A DNA stretch of 32,000 nt from Halogeometricum borinquense DSM 11551. GTDB lineage: Archaea; Halobacteriota; Halobacteria; Halobacteriales; Haloferacaceae. The position numbers and the translations under genes are program-made. Below are positions 1 through 8,707 of the stretch, piece by piece; within the stretch, counting starts at the first letter, position 1; each line of letters opens with the position of its first letter. Under the pieces are notes generated by a model. The model had not been told where the DNA came from, ran no database searches, and worked only from the letters and a program-made list of their open reading frames with translations. The stretch covers positions 2,400,001 to 2,432,000 of the forward strand of contig NC_014729.1 in the NCBI RefSeq assembly GCF_000172995.2, in the 5' to 3' direction.

Positions 1-1
1 T

Positions 2-1285
2 CGCGGAGAGACGGGCGTCGAAGTGCCGTACCCGTGCGGTCTGTTCGGGTGGTTCTCGTACGACGTAGCGCGCGAACTCGAATCGCTCCCCGAACTGGCC
101 GACGACGACCGAAATCTCCCACACTTGCGACTGGGCCTGTTCGACCGCGTGGCGGCGTGGGAGGAACCGCGAGGCGACGAACCGGCGACGCTCCACGTAA
201 CCGCCTGTCCGCGTGTTCCAGCGGGCGCGGACAGCACTGACGACGACCGACTCGACGCTCTCTACGAACGGGCCATCGAGCGAGCGACAGACCTCGCGGA
301 ACGAGCTGTCTCGGGCGACCCGAGCGACGAAGCGGCACCCGTCGCGGGCGACGAAGCGCACTTCGAGAGTGACTGCGGTCGGGCAGCGTTCCGTGACCGC
401 GTGAGCGCCGTCAAACGCTACATCCGCGACGGCGACACGTTTCAAGCGAACGTCTCACAGCGACTCGTCGCGCCCGCAGTCGTTCACCCTGTCGCGGCGT
501 ACCGCGCCCTCCGACAGGTGAACCCCGCACCGTACTCCGGTCTCGTGGAGTTCCCCGAGGCCGACTTGGTAAGTGCGAGTCCGGAACTGCTCGTCCACGT
601 CGAAGGAGACAGACTCGTCACCGAACCCATCGCTGGAACGCGCCCCCGCGGTGCAACCGAGGCGGAGGACGACGCTCTCGAACGCGACCTGACGAGCGAC
701 GAGAAAGAGCGTGCAGAACACGCGATGTTGGTCGATCTGGAGCGAAACGACCTCGGAAAAGTCTCCGAGTACGGCTCCGTCGAAGTGTCTGAGTACCGCC
801 GCGTGGACCGCTACTCCGAAGTGATGCACCTCGTCAGCGTCGTTGAAGGACAGCGGCGACCGGACGTGTCTGTCGCTGACGCTGTGGCCGCTGTCTTCCC
901 CGGCGGGACCATCACCGGCGCGCCGAAACCGCGGACGATGGAGATCATCGAGGAGGTCGAATCGACCCGCCGCGGCCCCTACACCGGAAGCATCGCGGCG
1001 TTCGGGTTCGACGACCGCGCGACGCTGAACATCGTCATCCGAACGCTCGTTCACCACGACGACGAGTATCACCTCCGGGTCGGCGCGGGTATCGTCCACG
1101 ATTCCGATCCCGACGCGGAGTACGACGAGACGATGGCCAAAGGCCGCGCTCTCGTGAACGCTATCGACGAAGCGCTCGCTGCAGAGGGTCACGGAATGCG
1201 AGTCGTCGAACGCGACGACGCGGACAACGAGAACGGGAGAGATACTGACGGACGAACGGACGCACGGACGGAGGACCACAAATGA
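2..1285 (+). CDS. pabB: aminodeoxychorismate (or anthranilate) synthase component I, 5'-truncated by window edge
   Basis: The frame is open from base 2, and the track start at 23 is an internal GTG. Chorismate-binding enzyme motifs are present ([51 protein letters not shown]). Called pabB rather than trpE because of the following amidotransferase and class-IV aminotransferase genes. Confidence 0.85.
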   Translation, partial: RGETGVEVPYPCGLFGWFSYDVARELESLPELADDDRNLPHLRLGLFDRVAAWEEPRGDEPATLHVTACPRVPAGADSTDDDRLDALYERAIERATDLAERAVSGDPSDEAAPVAGDEAHFESDCGRAAFRDRVSAVKRYIRDGDTFQANVSQRLVAPAVVHPVAAYRALRQVNPAPYSGLVEFPEADLVSASPELLVHVEGDRLVTEPIAGTRPRGATEAEDDALERDLTSDEKERAEHAMLVDLERNDLGKVSEYGSVEVSEYRRVDRYSEVMHLVSVVEGQRRPDVSVADAVAAVFPGGTITGAPKPRTMEIIEEVESTRRGPYTGSIAAFGFDDRATLNIVIRTLVHHDDEYHLRVGAGIVHDSDPDAEYDETMAKGRALVNAIDEALAAEGHGMRVVERDDADNENGRDTDGRTDARTEDHK

Positions 1286-1869
1286 CCTCGATTCTGGTCG
1301 TGGACAACTACGACTCGTTCGCGTACAACCTCGTGCAGTACGTCGGAGCGTTTGCAGACGAAGTGGTTGTCCGCCGCAACGATGCCGTGGACACGGCGGA
1401 TATCCGCTCGTTGGACCCCGACGGTATCGTTGTCTCGCCCGGCCCGGGAACTCCCGCCGAGGCAGGTGTCTCTGTGCCGGTGTTCCGCGACCTCTCGTAC
1501 CCGACACTCGGCGTCTGTCTCGGTCACCAAGCCCTCTGTGCGGCTCTCGGATCCCCGGTGAAGCGCGCCCCCGAGGTGGTTCACGGCAAACCCTCCCTCG
1601 TCAGCCACGACGGCGAAGGCATCTTCGAGGGATTACCGGACCGCTTCGAGGTCGGCCGGTACCACTCGCTGGCGGTCGAGCGCGAGGACATCCCGGGCGA
1701 ACTGGTCGAAACAGCGTGGACTGACGACGACCGGCGCGTGGTGATGGGCGTCCGTCGCCGGAACAGACCCCACGTCGGCGTTCAGTTCCATCCCGAGAGC
1801 ATCCTCACCGAGAACGGCAAGCAACTCGTGGCGAACTTCGTCGCGGCCTGCGGAGGTGACGATGACTGA
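1282..1869 (+). CDS. pabA: aminodeoxychorismate/anthranilate synthase component II (class-I glutamine amidotransferase)
   Basis: 195 aa with TrpG/PabA-type motifs ([31 protein letters not shown]). ATGA overlap with the upstream gene. Confidence 0.9.
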   Translation: MTSILVVDNYDSFAYNLVQYVGAFADEVVVRRNDAVDTADIRSLDPDGIVVSPGPGTPAEAGVSVPVFRDLSYPTLGVCLGHQALCAALGSPVKRAPEVVHGKPSLVSHDGEGIFEGLPDRFEVGRYHSLAVEREDIPGELVETAWTDDDRRVVMGVRRRNRPHVGVQFHPESILTENGKQLVANFVAACGGDDD

Positions 1870-2767
1870 GAACGACACCGGCGGCGACTCCGCGGACGAA
1901 CTCCGATTCCACGTGAACGGCGAACTCGTCCGCGCCTCCGAAGCGACAGTGAACGTCCGTGATAGGGGATTCATGTACGGCGACGCCCTGTTCGAGACGC
2001 TCCGCGCCTACGGCGGCGATATCTTCCGCTGGGAGGCACACGCGAATCGCCTCGCGGAGGGGGCTGAGATTCTCGAACTCGATCACGGCCTCTCGAATGC
2101 GGAGCTGAAACGACGCGTGGACGAGACGCTGGCGGCGAACGAACTGTCGGACGCGTACGTGAAACTCTCGGTGACTCGCGGTGTCCAACCGGGGAAACTG
2201 AACCCCGATCCCGAAGTCGATCCCACTGTTGTCATACAGGTAAAACCGCTCCCGCGCGGCGGACGCGGAAGCGACCCCGTGTGGGATGCACCGGCGACGT
2301 TGCAGACGGTGAAGACGCGCCGCGTCCCCGACAGAGCGATTCCCTCGCGGGCGAAGACACACAACTACCTGAACGGAATCCTTGCGCGACTGGAACTCCG
2401 CGTTACCGATGCCGACGAAGCGGTGATGCTGGACGGCGACGGTGCGCTCGCAGAGGGCGCGACGAGCAACCTCTTTTTCGTCCGCAATAACGCGCTCCAC
2501 ACCCCGAGTCTCGACGGGCCGGTCCTCCCGGGCATCACCCGCGCGGAAGTACTCGACATCGCCCGCGACGAAGGCATCCCCGTCCGCGAGGGACGGTACA
2601 AACCCGACGACCTACGAGATGCGACGGAGGCGTTCGTCACGAACTCGACGTGGGAACTGCGACCCGTCGCGTCCGTGGACGGCATCGAACTCGGTGGCGG
2701 CCCGGTGACGACACTTCTTTCCCGCCTGTTCGACGCACGGGTGGAGCAAAGACACTACACCGAGTAA
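1862..2767 (+). CDS. pabC: class-IV aminotransferase family protein, probable aminodeoxychorismate lyase
   Basis: Branched-chain/D-amino-acid aminotransferase fold-IV-like sequence (RGFMYGDALFETLR, KTHNYL, GITR). I prefer ATG 1862, which gives an ATGACTGA overlap with the pabA stop. GTG 1856 is the track alternative. Confidence 0.8.
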   Translation: MTENDTGGDSADELRFHVNGELVRASEATVNVRDRGFMYGDALFETLRAYGGDIFRWEAHANRLAEGAEILELDHGLSNAELKRRVDETLAANELSDAYVKLSVTRGVQPGKLNPDPEVDPTVVIQVKPLPRGGRGSDPVWDAPATLQTVKTRRVPDRAIPSRAKTHNYLNGILARLELRVTDADEAVMLDGDGALAEGATSNLFFVRNNALHTPSLDGPVLPGITRAEVLDIARDEGIPVREGRYKPDDLRDATEAFVTNSTWELRPVASVDGIELGGGPVTTLLSRLFDARVEQRHYTE

Positions 2768-2792
2768 GTTGCACAATACGCCGAAACCGCCA

Positions 2793-2800
2793 CTTTTGAA
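2793..2800 (+). promoter_or_regulatory. TATA-like element (CTTTTGAA) about 27 nt upstream of the Rieske ATG
   Basis: A/T-rich octamer in GC-rich context, centred about 27 nt before ATG 2824. This fits a leaderless haloarchaeal promoter. Confidence 0.35.
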
Positions 2801-2823
2801 CGCTCCTCATTCTTAGGCGGCGT

Positions 2824-3243
2824 ATGGACGACGCGCGTCGAATTATTGCCGCCGACGAGGTGCCGTCGGACGGAACGGTGCTTTTCACCGCCCAGAACGG
2901 GTCGGAGACGACGGAAGTGATTCTCACCAAACTCGCTGACGACGAAATCGTCGCCTTCGAGAACTTCTGTCCGCACTGGACCGACATCCGTCTCGACAAA
3001 GGGTCCGGTGCCTACGTCAGAAACGGTGAACTCGTGTGTGAGAAACACGGCGCGACGTTCCAACGCGACACAGGATACTGCGATTTCGGCCCCTGTAAGG
3101 GTTCAGTTCTCTCGACGTTCGATGTGGCTGTCCAAGACGGCGATGTGTTCTTGACTGAGGAGGCGCTCACGTTCGAACACCTCGGAGGGTCCGGTGACCA
3201 CGACCGCTCCTCGGGCAGTCGAATCGACTTTACTGGGAACTGA
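2824..3243 (+). CDS. Rieske [2Fe-2S] domain protein
   Basis: 139 aa with both Rieske ligand boxes, CPHW (C-x-H) and CEKHGATF (C-x-x-H). Confidence 0.8.
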   Translation: MDDARRIIAADEVPSDGTVLFTAQNGSETTEVILTKLADDEIVAFENFCPHWTDIRLDKGSGAYVRNGELVCEKHGATFQRDTGYCDFGPCKGSVLSTFDVAVQDGDVFLTEEALTFEHLGGSGDHDRSSGSRIDFTGN

Positions 3244-3404
3244 GGCGCTGTTCTCGTTTTACAGAGATCCGATCCGGACAGAAATACGTCAGTTCGGTGC
3301 GACGAGACTCGACACTCCGAAAGTACAATTGCAAGAGAACACACAGAAACACGTCAGCACGAGGCGACAAGACGCCCCGCTCGGGAGTGTGAATTTCAGG
3401 AGAA

Positions 3405-3479
3405 TAGCGGGAGGTAGATTTGAACTACCGATCTCCGGGTTATGAGCCCGGCGGAATCTCCTGGCTATCCCATCCCGCT
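3405..3479 (-). tRNA. initiator tRNA-Met (anticodon CAT), no encoded CCA
   Basis: Hand-folded 75-nt cloverleaf: AGCGGGA/TCCCGCT acceptor, CCGGG-CTCATAA-CCCGG anticodon arm, GGTAG-TTCAAAT-CTACC T arm, discriminator A. The A1:U72 pair and three consecutive G:C pairs closing the anticodon stem are archaeal initiator hallmarks. Confidence 0.9.
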
Positions 3480-3501
3480 ACATCATTCGAGTCGTGGGTT
3501 A

Positions 3502-3510
3502 CGGTTAAGG
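3502..3510 (-). promoter_or_regulatory. TATA-like element (CCTTAACCG on minus strand) upstream of tRNA-iMet
   Basis: Centred about 27 nt upstream of the tRNA 5' end at 3479. Confidence 0.4.
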
Positions 3511-3549
3511 GTTGTGATTCGACCGCTGTGTGGTAGTTTCCACCGGCCC

Positions 3550-4002
3550 TCACGCGCGAGCAATACGCCATGTGAAGATGCTCTCTGCGACGTAGTTCAG
3601 AAACATCGACGCCGCGATAGCCAGCGGAATCGGGAGCAACTCCCACACGTCGAAGCCGAAGACGAAAAACGAGAATCCGGCTTCGCGGAACGCGCGGACG
3701 ACGAGGAACTGGACGGCGAGGCCGCCGCTTCTGACGACGTTCGACGTGAGGAGTCGCCGGAGCGTTGGAACGACACCCTCTGAGGCACCCGCGTCGGCGA
3801 ACGTCCAGTGTTCGTTGATGAAGAACATCACGACAATGGCCACCTCCGCACCGACGAGTTTGGCGTACTCGTTCAACACGTCGAGCAAGACGATGAGAGC
3901 AGTCGTCGTCGTCATATCGAACACTGCGCCGACTGCGCCGACGGACGCGAACTTGCCGAAGCGAACCCCCGAGAGGAGCGCTGAGAGTCTGCGATTGCTC
4001 AT
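3550..4002 (-). CDS. GtrA-family small polytopic membrane protein
   Basis: 150 aa, about 4 TM segments, with the typical GtrA N-terminus (FGKFASVGAVGAVFD) and EHWTF motif. ATGA overlap with the upstream GT2 gene. Confidence 0.8.
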   Translation of the reverse strand: MSNRRLSALLSGVRFGKFASVGAVGAVFDMTTTTALIVLLDVLNEYAKLVGAEVAIVVMFFINEHWTFADAGASEGVVPTLRRLLTSNVVRSGGLAVQFLVVRAFREAGFSFFVFGFDVWELLPIPLAIAASMFLNYVAESIFTWRIARA

Positions 4003-4793
4003 TCGGAGGTGTCGAGAGCCTCGCCCAGTCGTTCCACGAGCGCGGGTTCGTGATCACGTGTCGATTCGATAAACGTGTGAAGTCGGTCCTCCCTGATGAG
4101 ACGCGCGCGGTGGCGCGAACTGAACAGCGCACGGGCGAGTCGATACGACGTATCGACCGGCGAGACGGTCGAACCGGGGCGGTCCTCCCATCGAACCGGT
4201 ACCTCGGCGATACGTTCACCGAGTGCGCCCGCGACGGCGATGAGTTCGATATCCCACGCGAATCCGGCTTCGTAGATGTGCGGGCGGACAGCGCGCCACG
4301 CTTCGGTGGTGAGCGCCTTCGCACCGCACTGGTAATCGTAGAGGTGTACGTCGAGTAGACGACGCGCCATCCACGCGAAGCCGTCGCCGAGACGGCGGCG
4401 CGCGAACGTCTGGTGAGACGCGACATCGGACGCAGGGTGTCTCCGCGACCCGACAGCGAGGTCCGCATCACCACCGGCGACCGACTTCACGACGGATGCG
4501 AACGACGCGGCAGGAGTACTCCCGTCTGCGTCGGCGAAGGCGAGAACGTCCACGTCGTCGGCTATCGCCTCGAATCCGGCGGTGATAGCTGCCCCTTTTC
4601 CGCGGCGCGTATCGACGGTGTTGACTGTCGCCGGGAGGTCAGCAAGACGGTCGAGTACGCCCGGTCGTGGGGCATCAAGTTCGATACGAACGGTTGCTGG
4701 AGAGAGGTGCGACCGAAGCGCAGAGACGTAGTCAGCGAGACGCTCGGAGTCCGGTCGGTAGGCTGGAACCACGACCCCGACGGAACGAGTCAT
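3999..4793 (-). CDS. family-2 glycosyltransferase, dolichyl/polyprenyl-phosphate hexose synthase-like
   Basis: Motifs VVVPAYRP, DADG (DxD-type) and YQCGAK resemble GtrB/DPM-synthase-type GT2 enzymes. Start moved to ATG 4793 because a TTTTTTATT element lies about 27 nt upstream and the track N-terminal 36 aa look non-coding. Confidence 0.8.
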   Translation of the reverse strand: MTRSVGVVVPAYRPDSERLADYVSALRSHLSPATVRIELDAPRPGVLDRLADLPATVNTVDTRRGKGAAITAGFEAIADDVDVLAFADADGSTPAASFASVVKSVAGGDADLAVGSRRHPASDVASHQTFARRRLGDGFAWMARRLLDVHLYDYQCGAKALTTEAWRAVRPHIYEAGFAWDIELIAVAGALGERIAEVPVRWEDRPGSTVSPVDTSYRLARALFSSRHRARLIREDRLHTFIESTRDHEPALVERLGEALDTSE

Positions 4794-4815
4794 TGGCGGA
4801 AGTAGCGTGAGGGAG

Positions 4816-4824
4816 AATAAAAAA
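4816..4824 (-). promoter_or_regulatory. TATA-like element (TTTTTTATT on minus strand) for the GT2-GtrA operon
   Basis: A/T run centred about 27 nt upstream of ATG 4793, inside the 167-bp divergent spacer shared with the YYY gene. Confidence 0.45.
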
Positions 4825-4960
4825 CGAATCGCTACCGAACTGACGGTAACTGTGTCCTGTAGACGGTCGCTTGAGACTACCCATGATGCAATTGACACCA
4901 AACGCGTTCGTATCGCATCACAAAACGTATGGCTCCCGGACGCGGTGCCTCCCGTAGAGA

Positions 4961-7348
4961 ATGGAGTACGCTCTCGTCCTTCGCTGGTTGGTCCTCTACG
5001 CCGCCCTCTTCGCCGCCGGACTGCCGCTCGTCGCGCGGCTTCTTCCGGGGACGGAGGGCCGCGGTGCGGGACTTTCTATCCCGGCCGCGACGCTCGTCCT
5101 CACGGTTCCGGCGTACTGGGTCGGACAGGTCACGTTCGGTTTGCCCGCGTTGCTCGCAGGCGTGGTTGTCCTCCTCGTCGCGTCCGCTCTCGCCGCCGCC
5201 GACCACGACGCACTCCGCGCGGGTCGTCTCGAACTCGGCATCGACATCCCACGTCGGGCACTAGGTGATGCGGCCGCCGTATTCGGCCTCTCGTTCGCGT
5301 TCCTCGTCGTCCTCCGCGCGTTCGATCCGGCCGTCTTTCCAATCGCCGGTGAGAAGTTCCTCGATTACGGGCTTCTCAAGAGTCTCCAGCGCGCTCCGAC
5401 ACTTCCGCCGGAGGATATGTGGTTCGCGGGCGAACCTGTGAAATACTACTACGGCGGCCATCTCGTGACGACGCTGTTCGCATGGTTGACCGCGACGCCA
5501 CCGCGGTTCGCGTACAACCTCGCGCTCGCGGGATTCTACGCGACGCTGGTCACGGCCGCCTTCGAGTTGGCAGCAACGGTTGGGGAGTCACACGGCCTCT
5601 CTCGGCGCGTTAGTGGGGCGCTCGCGGCGTTCTTCGTCGGGATCGCGAGCAACCTCGTTACCGCGGGCCGGCTAGCGCTGACACTCCTTCCGAGCGGTCT
5701 CCAGCGACAGGTTGCAGAGATGGTCGCCGCACGGACCGACTATTCGGTGACGAAGCTCCTTCAGGGGGTGTCGTCGTTCCACTACTGGGACGCCTCGCGC
5801 GTTATCCCCGGGACAATCAACGAGTTCCCCTTGTTCGCGTGGCTGAACGGTGATCTGCACGCGCACATGACGGCAACACCGTTCCTCCTCCTCGCTGCCG
5901 CCATCGGCTACGCGTACTACCGGACGCCCGAAGCGGACATCCGCCGTCGTCGCCTGCTGTTGGCGTCGCTGCCCGTGGTCGCGGGATGGCAGGCGGTGAA
6001 CAACACGTGGAGTTTCCCCAGTGTCATCGCTCTCGGGACGTTAGCGCTCATCTTTGCTCCCGCCGCACCGTGGACGCTCGTTCCCGGTCTCTCCGGGGTG
6101 GGCGACCGACTCGCGGCACGGTCTCGACTCAGCGAGGAACTAACGCGCGTCGCCGCCGCTCTCGTCGTCACTGCCGCGGGCGCGGTCCTGACTATCCTCG
6201 TCGCCGCCCCGTTCTTCTTCGGCACCGCTGTCAGCGGGAGCGAACGGACGGTCGAACTGCTCGGGCCGGAGATGCGGAGTAGTTTCGGTGGCCTGCTGTT
6301 CGTTCACGGCGCGTTCGTCGTCACCTTCGGCGCGTATCTCCTCTCGCGTCTGCGCGTCCGCCGACCCGCCTATCTCGTCGCCGGACTCCTCGCCGCCGGT
6401 TACGTCGGACTCGAAATCGGACTGGCCGCCTTCGCCGTCTCGATTCCGCTTCTCGTCTTCGGGTGGGTCGCCCTGCGGTCGGACCGCCCCGTCGGCTACG
6501 AGACGGTCCTCATCATCGCCGGGGCGGGTCTCGTCACGCTTGTCGAACTCGTCTACGTCAACGAACAAGCCGGATCCGGGCGGATGAACACCGTGTTTAA
6601 GACGTACATGCAGGTGTGGGTGCTGTGGGCGACGGCGATGGGCGTCGCCGTCCCCGGTCTGATTCGAGGCGTCCCAACGACCGCCGAGGTTACTTCGCGT
6701 GTGCGCGATGCCGTCCCATCCGTCGCGACCGATGGCTCCGGCAACCAATCGTGGCGTCGGGCCGCGGCTATCGGATTCGCGTGTCTTCTCGTCGTCTCAA
6801 CGACCGTCTACGGCGTCGCAGCCGTCGGTTCTCATCTCGAAAGCGGGCCACCCGGCGGAACAACGCTCGATGCGACACAGTTCGTGGAGACGTATCACCC
6901 GAAGCAGGACGAAGCGATAGACTGGCTGGACGAACGCGAAGGGACGCCCGTCATCCTCGAAGCGCCCGGAACGAAAGACTACGCGGGCGGAGTAGACAAA
7001 CGCGAGGACGTGATGTACGACTGGAACGCGAACCCCGCGTCGAGTCTCACCGGTCTCCCCTCCGTGGCCGGGTGGGCGCACGAAATCGGCTACCGCGGCA
7101 ACGAGGCCTACGACGAACGCGTCGCCGACGTGGACGCAATGTACACGGGTAACGCGACGACGCGCGCGGAACTGTTCCGTGAGTACGATGTGCAGTATAT
7201 CTGGGTCGGGCCGAGCGAACGCACCCGATACGGGGATATCGCGTTCGATATGCGCGGCGTCAGCGACGCGCACAAGTCGGGGTCGATAACGGTGTACGAA
7301 GTGTCACAGAAGAAACTCCCGGCTGCGAACGCGTCAGTCGCTCCGTAG
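4961..7348 (+). CDS. YYY-domain (DUF2298 / Chlor_Arch_YYY) polytopic membrane protein, predicted GT-C-like glycosyltransferase
   Basis: 795 aa with many TM helices, the signature GEPVKYYYGGH, and a C-terminal soluble domain. Family assignment is from memory of the signature and needs an HMM check. Confidence 0.8.
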   Translation: MEYALVLRWLVLYAALFAAGLPLVARLLPGTEGRGAGLSIPAATLVLTVPAYWVGQVTFGLPALLAGVVVLLVASALAAADHDALRAGRLELGIDIPRRALGDAAAVFGLSFAFLVVLRAFDPAVFPIAGEKFLDYGLLKSLQRAPTLPPEDMWFAGEPVKYYYGGHLVTTLFAWLTATPPRFAYNLALAGFYATLVTAAFELAATVGESHGLSRRVSGALAAFFVGIASNLVTAGRLALTLLPSGLQRQVAEMVAARTDYSVTKLLQGVSSFHYWDASRVIPGTINEFPLFAWLNGDLHAHMTATPFLLLAAAIGYAYYRTPEADIRRRRLLLASLPVVAGWQAVNNTWSFPSVIALGTLALIFAPAAPWTLVPGLSGVGDRLAARSRLSEELTRVAAALVVTAAGAVLTILVAAPFFFGTAVSGSERTVELLGPEMRSSFGGLLFVHGAFVVTFGAYLLSRLRVRRPAYLVAGLLAAGYVGLEIGLAAFAVSIPLLVFGWVALRSDRPVGYETVLIIAGAGLVTLVELVYVNEQAGSGRMNTVFKTYMQVWVLWATAMGVAVPGLIRGVPTTAEVTSRVRDAVPSVATDGSGNQSWRRAAAIGFACLLVVSTTVYGVAAVGSHLESGPPGGTTLDATQFVETYHPKQDEAIDWLDEREGTPVILEAPGTKDYAGGVDKREDVMYDWNANPASSLTGLPSVAGWAHEIGYRGNEAYDERVADVDAMYTGNATTRAELFREYDVQYIWVGPSERTRYGDIAFDMRGVSDAHKSGSITVYEVSQKKLPAANASVAP

Positions 7349-7358
7349 TCTGCGGTCC

Positions 7359-7363
7359 AAAAA
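7359..7363 (-). terminator. T5 run (minus strand) downstream of the 7381-7644 gene
   Basis: AAAAA on the plus strand equals TTTTT on the minus strand, 18 nt past the stop. Oligo-T tracts act as archaeal terminators. Confidence 0.35.
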
Positions 7364-7380
7364 GACGACGGCTGTTCTTC

Positions 7381-7644
7381 TCAGGCCGGCGCGCTGCTCT
7401 CGGAGACGACCGTGAGTGCCTCCGCGTCGATAGCCTCGACGTCGAGGAAGTGCGGAACGTACTCGCGCTTTTCGAACGCTTCGCGTTCGTCTTCGGTGCC
7501 GACCGTACACCAGAGTTGGACACGGTCCGGACCGTGGTAGTCACCCTGTCGGTCGATGGAGAAGCAGATAACCTCCTCACCGTCGAGTTCGATGGTCGCA
7601 CCCCGCCGGATGCCGGGATCGCCGCGGATGATGACCTTCTTCAT
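7381..7644 (-). CDS. small conserved-looking hypothetical protein (87 aa)
   Basis: Starts MKKVIIRGDPG. Acidic, GC3-rich coding look. I prefer ATG 7644 over the track start 7725 because a TATA-like GTTAAG lies about 27 nt upstream. Confidence 0.55.
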   Translation of the reverse strand: MKKVIIRGDPGIRRGATIELDGEEVICFSIDRQGDYHGPDRVQLWCTVGTEDEREAFEKREYVPHFLDVEAIDAEALTVVSESSAPA

Positions 7645-7668
7645 ACCCGATGGTTTGCCCAGTCGTGG

Positions 7669-7674
7669 CTTAAC
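7669..7674 (-). promoter_or_regulatory. TATA-like element (GTTAAG on minus strand)
   Basis: Centred about 27 nt upstream of ATG 7644. Confidence 0.3.
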
Positions 7675-7757
7675 GGCTTCGGAGACGGTTCGGTGACAGG
7701 AGGGATTCGAAGAACACCATTGCACCCCGTACTCGAGGCGTAAAACGAGTCCGCCGA

Positions 7758-7949
7758 TCAGTCACTCCGCGAATCCGGTGCGGGTTGGGGCGTTCCACGG
7801 CTGGAAGCGCCAGACGACCGGATGGCGTCCCATCGTCGCGCGCCGATGGCGAACGTGGACTGGATGGTCAAGCCGACGACGAACACGAGTCCAAGAAGCA
7901 CTATGTGCAGGACATCAGCGACGAACACGGCCGATTCTCGAAGGTTCAT
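7758..7949 (-). CDS. possible small single-TM membrane protein (63 aa)
   Basis: The MNLRESAVFVADVLHIVLLGLVFVVGLTI part of track ORF 7758..8201 has GC-rich codons and one hydrophobic helix. The upstream part of that ORF is AT-rich and overlaps the rpl44e promoter. Confidence 0.35.
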   Translation of the reverse strand: MNLRESAVFVADVLHIVLLGLVFVVGLTIQSTFAIGARRWDAIRSSGASSRGTPQPAPDSRSD

Positions 7950-8170
7950 ACTCTCACGTGCTTCAGTCAAGTAGAAAAATCTCCTGTGCAAATTATCAAA
8001 GTTGAGTTCTTGGTCAGAAGAATAGAATATGCCGCAGAGTACGGGAAGATCGCAGTATAGCCCAAGATAACGAGCTATCGGGAGCCGGTAAAACACGAAT
8101 CGAGACTGTTTGACGGCGGACTGTTCGTGACCACACCACAGTGCAACGTCGTCGCCCGCGAACCAAACGG

Positions 8171-8180
8171 GTTTTAACGG
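8171..8180 (+). promoter_or_regulatory. TATA-like element (GTTTTAACGG) upstream of rpl44e
   Basis: About 38 nt upstream of ATG 8213, which would give a short leader. Confidence 0.35.
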
Positions 8181-8212
8181 GCCATATCGAAACACGGGCA
8201 AGGTCGATATCT

Positions 8213-8494
8213 ATGCAGATGCCACGCCGATTCAACACGTACTGCCCGAACTGCGACGGGCATCACGAACACGAGGTCGAGAAGGTCCGATCCGGACGCC
8301 CCACGGGTATGAAGTGGGACGCCCGTGCCCAGAAGCGCGGTAAGAGCACGATCGGTAACGCTGGTCGCTTCTCGAAAGTGCCCGGTGGGGACAAACCGAC
8401 GAAGAAGACCCACCTGAAGTACATTTGCTCGGACTGCGGCAAAGCCCACATGCGCGAGGGCTGGCGCGCTGGCCGACTGGAGTTCCAGGAGTAA
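8213..8494 (+). CDS. rpl44e: 50S ribosomal protein L44e (eL42)
   Basis: [29 protein letters not shown]...[11 protein letters not shown]...CSDCGKAH...[11 protein letters not shown] is the classic L44e zinc-ribbon sequence. The track ORF starts 24 codons too early. Confidence 0.95.
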   Translation: MQMPRRFNTYCPNCDGHHEHEVEKVRSGRPTGMKWDARAQKRGKSTIGNAGRFSKVPGGDKPTKKTHLKYICSDCGKAHMREGWRAGRLEFQE

Positions 8495-8497
8495 TCC

Positions 8498-8683
8498 ATG
8501 GCGGGTAACTTCTATCTCGTCCAGTGCACCGATTGCGACAACGAACAGGTCGTCTTTGGCAAGGCCTCGTCCGTCATCAACTGCGCCGTCTGCGGGACGA
8601 CGCTGGCGACGCCGACGGGTGGCGACGCCGAGATTCACGGCGAAGTCGTCGAAACAGTCGAACGCCGCTCCGCCGAGGCGTAA
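8498..8683 (+). CDS. rps27e: 30S ribosomal protein S27e
   Basis: 61 aa with the C-x2-C...C-x2-C zinc ribbon (VQCTDCDNEQVVF...INCAVCG). Lies 3 nt after rpl44e. Confidence 0.95.
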   Translation: MAGNFYLVQCTDCDNEQVVFGKASSVINCAVCGTTLATPTGGDAEIHGEVVETVERRSAEA

Positions 8684-8693
8684 GCTCCCCTCT

Positions 8694-8699
8694 GGAGGT
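8694..8699 (+). promoter_or_regulatory. Shine-Dalgarno-like GGAGGT before aIF2-alpha
   Basis: GGAGGT sits 8 nt upstream of ATG 8708. This is an internal operon gene. Confidence 0.4.
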
Positions 8700-8707
8700 A
8701 TTTACAT

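Noticed and set aside
455-1507. 350-aa ORF antisense to pabB/pabA, and similar 1189..1608 and 1805..2500 ORFs.
   Set aside because: These are Arg/Ser/Val-rich shadow frames opposite clearly homologous genes. Such ORFs are expected in GC-rich DNA, where stop codons are rare. No recognisable motifs.
3440-4474. 344-aa minus-strand ORF overlapping the tRNA, GtrA and GT2 genes in another frame.
   Set aside because: It is an Arg/Ser-rich low-complexity translation. It overlaps a well-folded tRNA and two genes with clear family motifs.
3405-7348. Idea that the Gtr-like cluster next to a tRNA gene is an integrated (pro)viral serotype-conversion island, as with Shigella gtr phages.
   Set aside because: There is no integrase and no visible direct repeat of the tRNA 3' end. 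I see no compositional shift relative to the flanks. The cluster lies on the 5' side of the tRNA. A computational search for a partial tRNA repeat would be needed to exclude this fully.
7950-8201. N-terminal 84 codons of track ORF 7758..8201.
   Set aside because: The codon usage is AT-rich and unlike all other genes here. The stretch also runs across the rpl44e promoter. Only the C-terminal 63 codons are kept, and those at low confidence.
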